The notes under the pieces are model-generated. The model did no database searches. It was not told the DNA's origin and saw nothing but the letters and a program-made list of their open reading frames with translations. A stretch of DNA of 64,000 nucleotides, from the NCBI GenBank assembly GCA_020137815.1, contig CM035351.1, forward strand, positions 2,976,001 to 3,040,000. The letters run 5' to 3'. Below are positions 51,950 to 64,000 of this stretch, one piece after another; position 1 is the stretch's first letter, and each line of letters starts with the position of its first letter. This stretch comes from Hormiphora californensis. Its lineage: Eukaryota; Animalia; Ctenophora. Position numbers and translations under genes: made by a program.

Positions 51950-52316
51950 CAGAGAATGAGATATTGTGTTTGTGAAGTTAATTTATTGTTTTTATCTTTT
52001 GTAGTTTCGGTTTTGAATATTTTAGTTCTTCACGTTTTAAAGTTAACTCTACATGTTTCAAAACTAATCCTAGATCTTCCTATTATAGGCGTGGCCTTGT
52101 ATGCTAACCGACTGCTAACTCGGATCCCTCTTAAACTTCTACAACCGGTAAGTAAGATACAACCAGCTAGTTTTACATCTTACGGCTAACACTATCAACC
52201 CTCCCCATCCCCAATACCATTATATTAGCCCTTACTCCCATTCCTATTTGTCAATCTCCCCATTACCCCTACCCCTTACTCCCACTCTCACCCCTCTCCC
52301 CCAGCAACAACACAGA

Positions 52317-55300
52317 ATGGTACTGGATTTGGCGCTGTTCCGAAAGGAGAAGGGTGGTAACCCTGATCAGATCAGGGAGTCCCAGAAGAAGCGGTACAAG
52401 GATGTAGGACTAGTTGACCAGGTCATTGAGACTGACAACAAGTGGAGGGAGGTACGTGAGAAAGGCTTCGATGAGATTCTAGAATAGGGCTGTTTTTTAT
52501 TAGTTATGCAGTTTGTCTTCTGTTTTTGTCAGCAGCATCACGTTTCGAATGAACTACTAATCTGATAAAAAACTCTCAAACCAAACCCTATTCTTCAGAT
52601 CACCTACAACTGTGATCAGTACAACAAGCTGAAGAACATGATCAGTAAAGGTATTGGTAAGAAGATGAAGGCCAAGGAACCCCAGGGAGAAACTGACGAG
52701 GTTTCAGATGAAGCTAAATCTAACATCCTGTAAGTGAAACATAAATTGGGCAACTTGATCTTGTTTTTGTCATTGTTCATTTTTTTTACCACTCGGCACT
52801 CTTTGTTTCAGAGATATGACCACCGAGTCAATGGATAAGTTCACTGTCCGACAACTTAAAGCACTTAGCCAAGAGGTATGACCCGGAAACACGCCTTTTC
52901 TTTGTTTTTCTGTGTCTCTCTTACATTACACACATTGTGCTAGGTGGTGTTAGAAGCTCGGTGTGGTTGTGTGTGACACGGTGCTGTCCCACTCTGTAGG
53001 TCCCATGTGTTTAGTGACGCGCGCCGACAGACATCCAGTAAACCACACAAGCTTAGACATTGTCAATGCGCGCCGTAGCAAGCACTGCCGCGTTGTGTCA
53101 CACTTCGCGGGTGTGACGACTGACGAGATCTGCAGCAGAAAACGTTACAAATGTCATGTTACTTTGTAAAAGAGGTAATATGAACAGCCTTGATATAACC
53201 ATCTATCCCATGGCAGGTTGATAAGCGAAAGAAGGCTGATAACGAGAGTTTGGGAGCTCTCGAGGAGAAACGATTGCACTACCTGAGGCAAATTGGAAAT
53301 CTTCTCCATCCCTCTGTTGTTGTACATGACGACGAAGACAACAATGAGATCGTTAGGACTCACGGAGATATCAAGGTATAATATTGGTAGTGTTGGAGAA
53401 ATGAATGACTGTTGCATGACGATTCGAGTGCTGTTCGAATATTCGATCTTATTTTACAGTCCATTATTCATCCTCCACCCCATCTCCCAGGTCCGAACCA
53501 AGTACTCCCACGTTGATTTGATCCACATGATTGGTGGAGCTGATCTGGAGAGAGGTTCCAACGTGGCAGGTAGCAGGGGTTATTTCCTGACTGGACCTGG
53601 GGTCTACCTGAACCTTGCCCTAATCCACTATGCTACCACCCTACTGGCTGACAAGGATTTTACCGCCCTTCAGACCCCGTTCTTTATGAAGAAGGAAGCC
53701 ATGAACCAGGTACATGATCAACCTGAATCAATCATTTTCTGATCTAACTCAATCCTTCCCCTCTCTGATCACTAGTTGGGTGTTTACTGTTCAGTGTTCA
53801 CTCCCCTCCCCCCCCCCCCCTTTAAACAAATGCTAGTTAGCTCCCCTCTCACACCTCTCACACAGGTTGCCCAGTTGGCCCAGTTTGATGAAGAGCTCTA
53901 CAAAGTTGTGGGAAAAAGGAGCGAGGACGCCGCTGACACTGAGGTAACCATACCCCTCTAGCTAGAGATAGAGAGGCACACTCTAGTCTCTATCTCTCTT
54001 TGACTAGTTATCCCATGGCTATCTAGCGGTGCCGAACCGATCTGAGATCACTGGGGGTTGACACTGGGTCAGCACACTGTCAGATGAAAACCCCAAAATA
54101 GGCGACAGACCCCACGAATATATCCCTTTACCCTCCCCATAGACTGAGGAGAAGTATCTGATTGCAACCAGTGAGCAACCTATCGCTGCCTTCCACATGA
54201 ACGAATGGATTGGGGAGAAAGATCTTCCTAAGAAATACGCTGGGTTCTCTACTTGCTTCAGACAGGAGGTTGGTCAGATTTTTTTAAGTTGTCACACCCG
54301 ACTATACCACTTGTAACCCCGGCTCCCATAACGAACTTCTCCTGTCAGGCCAATGCTCTGACAGAACTTTTCCAAATTTCTCCTCTCAAACTCAATACAA
54401 CTGTTTCTCACATCCTCGACTCCCTAGGTTGGATCTCATGGTCGGGATACGCGAGGTATTTTCAGGGTCCACCAGTTTGAGAAGGTCGAACAGTTCTGTA
54501 TTACCAGTCCTGAGACTAGCTGGGAGATGATGGATGAGATGATTAATAATGCGGAGGAGTTTGTCAAGAGTCTTGGACTTGCTTACCAAATTGTTAACAT
54601 CGTCAGGTAGAGAAAGAGAGAGGAATTGGTACCATTGTCACATTCAACATTGTGACTTCGATCTCGATTAGGTGTCACCAAGGAGGAAGAGTTTTAAAAT
54701 CCCTGAATTTAACCCTTGTTATCTCCCTTTAGTGGTGAGTTAAACCTGGCGGCAGCAAAGAAGTTTGATCTTGAGGCTTGGTTCCCTGGTGGTGGGGCTT
54801 TCAGGGAACTTGTTAGCTGTTCAAACTGTACCGACTACCAGTCCAGGAGGTAAGATCAGAGTAATTGTCAGGCACTCGCTGCGTGAGGACCGTCTTATGT
54901 GAGACAAGATCAGAGACATTAAACCTCAAAATTCCCTTGTACAAGATAATTCTAAGTATTAAATCTCAACTCTCAATACTGTTATTGTTCCCTTGTACAG
55001 CTGGAAACTTGATAAATTTTGTTGAGTATGGGGTGGAAGAAGGCAAACGAAATATCCTAATTTCCGAAATATAATCCCCCTCCATCCCCCCAGGCTGAAG
55101 GTGAGGTACGGCCAGACAAAGAAGATGGGAGAGAGCGCCCAGTTCGTGCACATGCTCAACGGTACCATGTGTGCCACCACACGTGTCATTTGCTGTATCT
55201 TGGAAACCCACCAAACTGAGGTAAATTGAAACAAACATCTCCATATATGGTCATTATCACACCCATATATGGTCATTATCACACCCATATATGGTCACAT

Positions 55301-55459
55301 TGTGCTAACCCTCCACCCCTCCCCTAGGATGGTGTCAACGTACCAGAGCCCCTGCAGAAGTACATGCCAGCCAAGTATAGGACCAAGATCCCCTTCGTTA
55401 ATCCTGCTCCCATCGATCAATTGGAAACCAAAAAGGAAACCAAAAAGAAGGGAAAATAG
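52317..55459 (+). CDS. SARS1: Cytoplasmic seryl-tRNA synthetase (11 coding exons)
   Basis: Exons 52317-52451 ([26 protein letters not shown]), 52599-52729, 52812-52875, 53217-53375, 53491-53709 (VAGSRGYFL), 53866-53943, 54143-54268 ([14 protein letters not shown]), 54428-54606 ([18 protein letters not shown]), 54733-54849 ([14 protein letters not shown]), 55094-55220 ([13 protein letters not shown]) and 55328-55459. Confidence 0.96.
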
Positions 55460-56328
55460 AGCGGGACTGTTTAGTGTGTTTTGGCCCGAGTTAAATATCT
55501 TTTCATCATTTAGCATCTGGTTTTAGCGGATCTATCATATTTATTTGGCCTCATCTCAAAACTACTGAGTTTGAATTATTCCCAAAACCGATGAGTCATC
55601 GGTCTCGGGTCTCCAGCTAACTGTAAACTAATCATTTGCATAATGTATGCACGAGATCCCGTAAGAGAGAAAGGGATGACGTCAAACTGATGGATTCGTG
55701 ACGTCACACTGTGCTGTGTGGGCCATATGAGGGAGTCAGGCGGTAGAACATTAGGAGAGAATTATGATAATGGATGGAGAAACACGAGACTGGAGAGAAA
55801 TGTGAGACTGGCATGGAGAGAAGGAAGCAGTGCGTCACACGAAGACACACCTTGGCCTTTCTATGTTTTGTGCGCGCGTGTTTTGCAGTGCTGAAACGAG
55901 CACTTTGCACAGGGTATTGTCGCGCGTTCTGGCGCCATTCGTACCAGACGTTACATCAGGCCACTCGGCAGGCGTGAACAACAAATTGTGAGATAGTGGC
56001 CAAACGGGATATGCAGCAGTGGCACTGAAAATACGAAATACTCGGCTGTTTTTGGTTACAAAAAACGTAGGGAAGGTATTACATCAACAATCAACAGTAG
56101 ACACTCTCTCATATATATAACACACGCAAGCAACCGTCTGCAGGGATCTATATATATATTGGACCGGCCCAATTATATCCACAACATACATTGTTGTACA
56201 TACACACACACACTTATAACACAGCTATATAATGTTAGATAGAAGGAGAGATAATATCATTATTACCTACGTTAAAAAAGCATACACACCGTAAAGTGAC
56301 GTAAAATAATTTACACCGTTTGTTGTAA

Positions 56329-58422
56329 TCAATCGAGTCCCTCGTAAAGTCGCTCCAGCTCGACTTTGAATTTCTGGGCCAGGGAAGCCCTCTTTTTCTT
56401 GAAGGTAGGTGTAGCTAGGTCATTATCGACAGAGAACAGTTCATGGAACAAATAAACCTTCTTAACCTGTTCGAATCCTTTGAGAATGGGTCCTCCAATT
56501 CTCTTGATCTCAGCCATAACTTCCTTCAGGACCTCCTCCTTCTGGCACCCCTCCAACATGTCCAGTCCAAACTTGTTCTTCAGCACAGCCTCGTCAGGCA
56601 CAACTACACCCACAAGATTGGCCTTCAGGCTGTCACCATGGACGTAACACTGTGCAATAAGGGGACTATGCTCATACGCAATCTCGATCTTCTCAGGTGC
56701 GATGTACTCTCCCTGTGCGAGTTTGAAGATGTTTTTCTTTCTGTCTATAATCTTTAGACACCCATGCTCGGTCCATGTTCCTATGTCGCCGGTGTGCAAC
56801 CATCCGTCACTGTCCACTGTCTCTGCTGTCTTAGCAGGGTCTTTGTAGTAGCCCTTGAAGACAATGGGTCCCTTTAGACACACCTGCAGAGAATGTGTTA
56901 GTGTTAGTAGTGGGACAATTGAGACACAATAGAGGGAAGGAGTCTGGGCAACGTGCCAATGTTTTTCATCGCCCATCCCGTGGTAATATGATGACGCACG
57001 AATTACACCACGTGCTGTGTTGACAATGATCCAGGTGTCTCATGATGCCCACCCTCTATCTCTCTCTCTTTCTATCCGCCCTCTATCTCTTTCTATCCGG
57101 TCTCTATCTCTTTCTATCCGGTCTCTACCCGTGACCAGTATCTATCTTTTTCTATCCCCTTCCTTTACCTGGCAATCACGCGATTTGGCATGGCCTTAAT
57201 GTTATTTATCTCTAACTAAACTAAACTAAAATGAAACTATTTCGGTGGCTGACATGTAAAATTTGGACTTGTTTGCACAAGGATATGAGAGAGCAGCGCT
57301 GAGAGATTGCTAAAGATAGAGATGATAACGAGTTGGCCAGACATTACACTTACAGACATCAGCCAGAGAGAGAGAGAGATGGAGGGAAAGATAGAGAGAG
57401 ATCGTCTAATATGACCGATTATTGCTCGTAGAGTTAAAGATACCATCTCAAAACTAATAACTTTCGCAATCTACACTCTGTATTCATCATCACACCTATC
57501 TCTCTTCGTCAACTCGTGGTTTTCTAACGGAATTTAACCTAAATTTAACCTAAACTACACTCAATGAATATTGGATAACTCTTCCACACCCCACACACTC
57601 ACCTCTCCCTTTCCCTCAGCAGCATTGTAGTTCATATCAGGTACGTCATTCAACTTCACATGAACTCCAGGAGCGGGCACTCCCACATGCCCAGGAACGG
57701 TGTCACCATACAGAGACATAGTTGCCACTCCACAGTTCTCAGTTTGGCCGTATCCCTCAATCACAAAACAACCGAGTACAGATCGGTACCTGGGGCGAGG
57801 GAAATATTGAGAGCTAGATGTAGCTTCCTCTTCCCTACTCACTAACCAACATATCCTACGCAAAGGAGTAGTATGTGGAGAGAAAAAAGTTACCTAACCC
57901 ATACTATACTGTAATCCCACACCTACCTTCGTACATGTTCCCTACTCTATCCCTATCCTAAACCTACCATCAGTCTCTAACCTAAACCTACCATTAGAAA
58001 ATGTCCCTCTTTCAACCTACCATTGGAGAATGTTTGGTGAGATGGGTGCAGATCCAGTGATAACAAGCCTAACTCGGCCACCCAACAGCTTCCTAATCTT
58101 CTTGAAAATCAGGTAGTCCCAGACAGAATTCTGTCTGATGAATCCCTTGTTAACCTGGCGGGGGGGCATTGTTAGACAAACCGACAGCGGTGTGGAGGGT
58201 GGGTAATGATACAGACAGACAATTAAGCAGATAGAGTTATTATGGACAGACAAACTGGCAGAAGCAATTAAGCAATTAAAGAACTATGATATATGAAAAA
58301 AACACTATCAGAATACTGAATAACATATAACCGCATCATGTACGGAAACCACGAAATTAGTTTTTACATACATTGGCAGTGAACTTACAGGCAGACAACC
58401 ACAGCAGATGGTCAAAGAGAAT

Positions 58423-58464
<42 letters not shown>

Positions 58465-58995
58465 CTCTCTCTCTCTCTCTCTCTCTCACCCATCCTCACC
58501 TCAGACATCTTGGAGCTGGTGGCATGTTTGATGAGCCACTGAACGAATGCTGGCTTTTGTCCAATTCCCTCAGAAATTCTATCATGTAACTTGTTTAACA
58601 CACGAGGCACGGACGGGAATACTGTAGGTTTCAGCTGGGCGATATCGTCCAATAGTAACTTAATGTTACCCTGTAGGGAACGGGGGGTTGGTTATAATCA
58701 TGCAACAGAATCAGTAACATGTATCAGTAACATATTATTAGTAACACATTCTATAGTAGTCAGTAACCTCGACAGCACATTTGTATTGGCACGCTTTTAT
58801 TTATTTAAACATGCTCAAGATATGCGAGCTATGCATGGAATTAGGGCAATTCAGAGCTGCGAATATTTATCTGGCTTTATGCCAGGTCATATAACTTATA
58901 GTCCCCATATCCGGGTTTTGTGCAGCGTGTACTGCGCCAGAAAACTGTGTAGTTTGGACGTGAGGTGACTGGCTGACAGGGAGAGAGAGAGAGAG

Positions 58996-59051
<56 letters not shown>

Positions 59052-62000
59052 CACGTGCACAGTAGTTTGACGTGGTGTAGATGGGTGGAAATTTCTTTGA
59101 AGTTACACAGTTCACTGTGTTTACACTGTGTTTATCAATTGTGCCATTGACGTGAACTAACAGGATGTTTTTCTTATGAAGATGTTGGATAAATAAGCAT
59201 ATCAGTTCGCTGTGTTATGGTGGCGAATACCGCGTACACAGGCTTGATAGGATGCCCCCTTTATTGGGTAGTGCAGGAAAGATGAAACGGGGAGGAATGC
59301 GTATTGCGTATTGCGTACTGCAATTTCTTTCTCACTAATTCTCAGACACATGAATTGCAGCATATTATTCGCCTGTAATTCTTTAACGCATGGTATGTTG
59401 GGCTTCTAACTAGTGCATGTTAGGAGTGCTGGTAGCCTAGGTTCATTACTTTTCAAGCAAGCCTTCTCCAATCAATCTAGCTTTCTTTTTCTCTTCATCT
59501 TAATTTCATATCTCGCTTTATTCCTTCATATCTCTATCTTTTTTTCTCCAAGTCGACCTCTTTCTCTTCATCATTGATTCAACAAATGCATAGCAGCGAG
59601 AGAGATATATACAAAATCAGGCTGGTATTAGTAATTAGTAATAGGGTAAGATGGGGCAAAATGGCCCGCGGGGTAATGTGGCCCATGTATGGGGCAAAGT
59701 GGCCCTAGTTATTACATGTAGTCACGTGACTTTTTCTCCAGCGGAGACCTGCTCGTTCTGTTCCGAATTTTCGCTTTAAAACTGCTGTTATTTCTGTTTG
59801 GGTCGGCCGATTTTAATTTTGCAAAAACTGCCAGTTAGGCTTTATAATTCTCTAAAACGTGGTATAAAAATTTTGAAGAAATTGGCATTTTTTTTGTCTT
59901 AATTGTCAATTTTGTGAAATCGGGGCAAATATGGCCCACTCTCCGGGGCAAAGTGGTCCGGTCTGGGGCAAAGTGGCCCACCTCTAGGACCAATGAAATG
60001 GCGCCTGCAATACCACGTGACATTGGAATGCACAAAAATTTAGTCCAGACGGTCAAATTAGGGGTAAAGTGGCCCATGTTCCGGTGCAGAACATGGGCCA
60101 CATTGCCCCTAATTTGATCGTTTCGTCTAACAACACCAGGCACGTGATAAAATCGAGCAATGCTATTGGCTTGGGCCACTTTGCCCCGATGCAAATTTTC
60201 CAAAAAACGCCTCACCAAATTATTTGAATTGATTAATCAACCCATTAAATAAAACTTGTAGATTTTAAAATTTAGTTCGGCTGAAAGGAAAAGGTTTCAT
60301 TGGATAGCCTATATATTTTTTTTCTTCCTGCTGTATAAATTGCGTATTTTAGAACCTAAAACGTTAAAAGTGGGCCACTTTTACCCCAGCTTACCCTATA
60401 TAAATCAGGCTACTCGGAACAAAAAAGGGGGGGGAGGGCCACATTTACTGCACCTGATAGAATCCAATACTACCACCTATCAGGCCAAAGTAGCACTCTA
60501 GCGCATATTGATAAACATGGGCAGCAGGCAGATAAGAGATCATACAGTCGTCTTGGCCGTGGGGCCACCACATGAGATTACGTTCTATCCCCTGACACGT
60601 GCCGACAACATTTTCTGGAGGGAGGGAAGTGGTTACTTGCCTGGTAAAATCCGATACTGGCTCCTAGGGAAACCAAGAAACACTCCATCGCGAACTCGTA
60701 CACATGAGCGGCGGGGAGATATGAGATGAACACATCATTCTCGTCGACATGGAACCCCCACAGATTCTTCTGGATCAACCCGCATACTGCTCCTATGTTC
60801 TCTAGGTCACACAAAGGGAGGTTAAACAAAAACACAAGGATTGTTTCTGTAGCGAATTTTCACTTACGATGTGTTATCATAGCGCCCTTTGGGGTGCCAG
60901 TGGTACCGCTGGTGTAGCAGATTAGTGCCGTGTCAGAGGCGGTAGGGGGCTTGAAATCAAACAGGTTTGCCTCTCCCAGTTGTTCCAGTTCCTCCAGAGA
61001 CATGATATCAATCCCATACCCCGATAATGTGTCCTAGGAGGGGAACTAGTTATAACAAGTATTGATAATAAAACAGGAGTCTCTCTCTCCCCGTGTAACT
61101 CTCTTACCGTCTGTTCTGTGGTTGGCTGAGCGTCGGTCAGTACGATTAGTGTAACTTTGCTGTCCGGAGTTAGGAATTTAATAAGGTTATCGAGACGTTT
61201 CGAGTCAGTGAACACCACGCGAAGTTGAGTGGCCCCCAGAATATACTGAAAAGAGAGAAATGTACGGAGTATACTGACACATACTGAAGTATACAGAAAA
61301 TATGAGAATATTCTTCGACGTCATAGTCCAGGTCCTGAGTCTACTTTTAGAGCTCGAGTTTCTGAGAATTCTAGTGTGGTTTCTGAGAAAGGTGACAAAC
61401 TGATATTATATTACCACCACCGTCAACCGTGATAGGCATGGTATAATTATTAAAATGAACTGCTATTCTATTATTAGACTTATCATGAGCTTATTTGGCT
61501 AGTTCTTCTAGAAGTCTCTAGTTATTACTAAGTGTGATTGTGAGCAGAATATATCAGACTGCAATAAAATTCTTATCCCCAGCTTTGAGTAATTCTACAC
61601 ATAAAGATGGAGTTAAGTTACCAAAAACGAGTTATTCGGGAGGTGCAAAAATCTATAAAACAGGTTTTGCAGTCTGCATAAAATTCAGAATAACAAAAAA
61701 TGGCTCTGTTTATTTTGGAGCTTTTGTAAAGTGATTTATGAAACAAGAGATTGGTGGCCACTGGCCCCCGTCCCTAGGCCCACTGGTGACCACCAGCGAT
61801 AATACCCAAGAGAACAACTATGATCACGCACGATGATCCCCTCCCAACTTTTGGGCCCCGTACACGAAATGAAGCCCCTGCGTTGAAAATGCCAACTCCA
61901 AAGTCCCAGAGTTAACTATTTTCCATGGTTACAACTCCAAAGTCCCAGAGTTAACTAGTTGGTTAGTGGTTACCAACCCCAGAGTTAACTAGTTGGTTAG

Positions 62001-63882
62001 TGGTTACCAACCCCAGAGTTAACTAGTTGGTTAGTGGTTACCAACCCCAGAGTTAACTAGTTGGTTAGTGGTTACCAACCCCAGAGTTAACTAGTTGGTT
62101 ACCAACCCCAGAGTTAACTACTTGGTTACCTGGACGGCCTCTTTTCCGAGGGTATCATAGAGTGGAACCAGTACCATACTGTAATGATTACACATCTGCA
62201 TGGTACAATGCCATGCCGTGCTGTTCTGGGCGAATATTCCTATCATCGTGTTTTGACCTGGAGGGAAGAGAGTAGGGACTGAGAGAGGAGAGAGAGAGAG
62301 AAAGGAGAGTAGGGAGGGAGAGAGAGGGAGTGAGTGCAAGTGATTGTAATCGCTAAATATAGTCTGGAACCTATAACTAGGTAATAATGCCTATTGGGCT
62401 ATTGCCAGGGGTAAGATCAAAAGCTAGGACCGCCCCCTAACACCTCCTCCCTGTTCTTGCTTCTGCAGTTTTAAGAATGGAATTTCCGCCCACCCCGATT
62501 ATGTTATTGAGAGAGGATCACGGGGTAGTAATCCTAAAAGGAAACAAAATACTCCTGACTTGGTTGGTGACAGTGTGACGACTGACTGTGTGACGGTGTG
62601 AATGTGTATGTATGACTAACCTGGCATATTACTCTTTACAAAGAGTCCCGATCCCATTCGCTTCACTTTGGCTGAAACCTCTGTATAATCCAACCAAGAG
62701 TAGGGAGCATCAGGGGCTGGCCGCTGTCCTAGGCACCTGGGAGAAGAGGGGAGGGATTATTTGATGGATGGGAGGGGGTTAGCACCAGGGTAACTAGGTT
62801 AGCTGATGGAGAGGTACAAATGGTGGTTTATGATCGGATAGTTAATTATAAAGTTAGTTGAATATATGCAGTACTGCTGCAGCACCAATCACCATGGTCC
62901 CTGCCTCAAAGTTATACGTGTACCCGTGGTACATCCTGGTACCCGTGGTACATCCTGGTGGCTGGTGCACCAGATGGGTACACCTATTACAAGGAAGGGA
63001 TACGGTTACATAGCCGTGTTCCTGATAAGAGCGGAATCAAATAACTTGCTTTGACGCAGGGACCTTCCTTATCGCAGCCAGCAGCTCCACTGCAGTACAC
63101 TCTACAACGGCAGCAAATACCACGGCCCACACCCTCTTCCCAATATTTTAAAATTTTCTTCTAAAGAAGTGCTATTTGTAGTTCACCGCACCCATAAAAT
63201 ATTTAACTGCTTCCAGTTACTGGGCATTCATAAATGCCCATAAATGTCCATAAAAAGTTGCCAGGCACTGACAGTAACATCTCGCACGCCGCTCGTAGCC
63301 CAGTGTGGAGTCTTAGACAAATTAAATGCACATTATGCTATCCATGTTCCCCAATGGTCGATAAAATCCTCTCTCACTGCGCCCAAATATTGTAAAGGAG
63401 GGTCAGAACATAACAAATAAAACCCCCTTACCGGTTGTTAGGTCCTATTTTGAGACCGAGCTGGAAGCACTCGTAGGCAGTTTTTATTTCCGCATACCGG
63501 GAAACATACTCCGGGGCTAGGTCCCCGATAATAGACGTCCTCTCACACGTCCGAGGGTCAACCTCTTTTGTGAGCACTGGGGAGAGAGAAGAGTGTGAAA
63601 TATGTTAGAAAATAGTGATTAGTAGAATCATGATATTGAAGAACCAGAATAGTTGTTGTTGTGAATAATGCGGCTAATCCAACTATGTACACGATAATAT
63701 CATGTCTAACTTGCTCGACCTTGTTATATAAAGGAGGGTATGTAACAAGTTTGATCACCTGGTGGCAGGGCACGGGTTGAGGGTAGTCCAAACTGACGGT
63801 ACATGACGTAAGATACTGCAAGGGCACTGGTTGTTATTGCTGCAGGTAACAGGTAGCTCTCGTCTATTTCTAACTGCTGCAT
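56329..63882 (-). CDS. Long-chain fatty-acyl-CoA synthetase (ACSL1/5/6-like) with a mutually exclusive exon pair
   Basis: Exons 63882-63759, 63576-63432, 62736-62621, 62257-62130 (LVPLYDTLG), 61245-61108, 61033-60868 (CYTSGTTGTPKG), [60801-60641 OR 60614-60454], 58670-58500, 58154-58021 (ITGSAPI), 57789-57603 (EGYGQTE) and 56883-56329 (GWLHTGDIG..IIDRKKNIFKLAQGEYIAPEKIE). Phases are consistent. Confidence 0.95.
59641..60399. mobile_element. MITE in an ACSL intron with repeated GGGGCAAAGTGGCCC subterminal motifs
   Basis: TIR atagggtaagatggggcaaaatggccc ... gggccacttttaccccagcttaccctat. Confidence 0.85.
61893..62129. repeat. Minisatellite (~34-bp unit ccaaccccagagttaactagttggttagtggtta) abutting an ACSL 5' splice site
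   Basis: Directly visible tandem copies that end at the donor of exon 62257-62130. Confidence 0.9.
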
Positions 63883-64000
63883 CCTAGTACAGGTAGGGGA
63901 GGGCGGGTCAGATATCTCATATAATCAGTATTAGGAGAGGGCGCTGGGCGGGTCAGATATATCAGTCTTGGATTTCATAATGAGGTGGAGATCATCTCGT

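Noticed and set aside
59835-60218. ORFs as a transposase
   Set aside because: They lie inside a short MITE and have no DDE or DNA-binding motif.

Overview
Eukaryotic (animal) genomic DNA with short GT-AG introns, dense (AG/CT)n microsatellites and many non-autonomous DNA-transposon derivatives. The architecture resembles what is reported for ctenophores: genes nested in introns, and a splice acceptor just before six start codons. The taxon itself is my inference. Gene models assembled by hand: (1) four related two-zinc-finger terminal exons on + at 2.0, 9.0, 15.4 and 17.3 kb, each behind a splice acceptor, which look like an array of alternative 3' DNA-binding modules for a shared 5' exon outside the window; (2) a 13-exon GPI-anchored LRR-Ig receptor on - (46538-22712), whose intron 5 hosts an intronless polypeptide GalNAc-transferase (-) and a SPOP-like BTB gene (+); (3) a tight co-oriented NOL6/UTP22 - METTL5 - seryl-tRNA synthetase cluster (+); (4) a long-chain acyl-CoA synthetase (-) with two equal-length duplicated gate-domain exons separated by only 26 nt, which points to mutually exclusive splicing. 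All coordinates were counted by eye and no database search was run.
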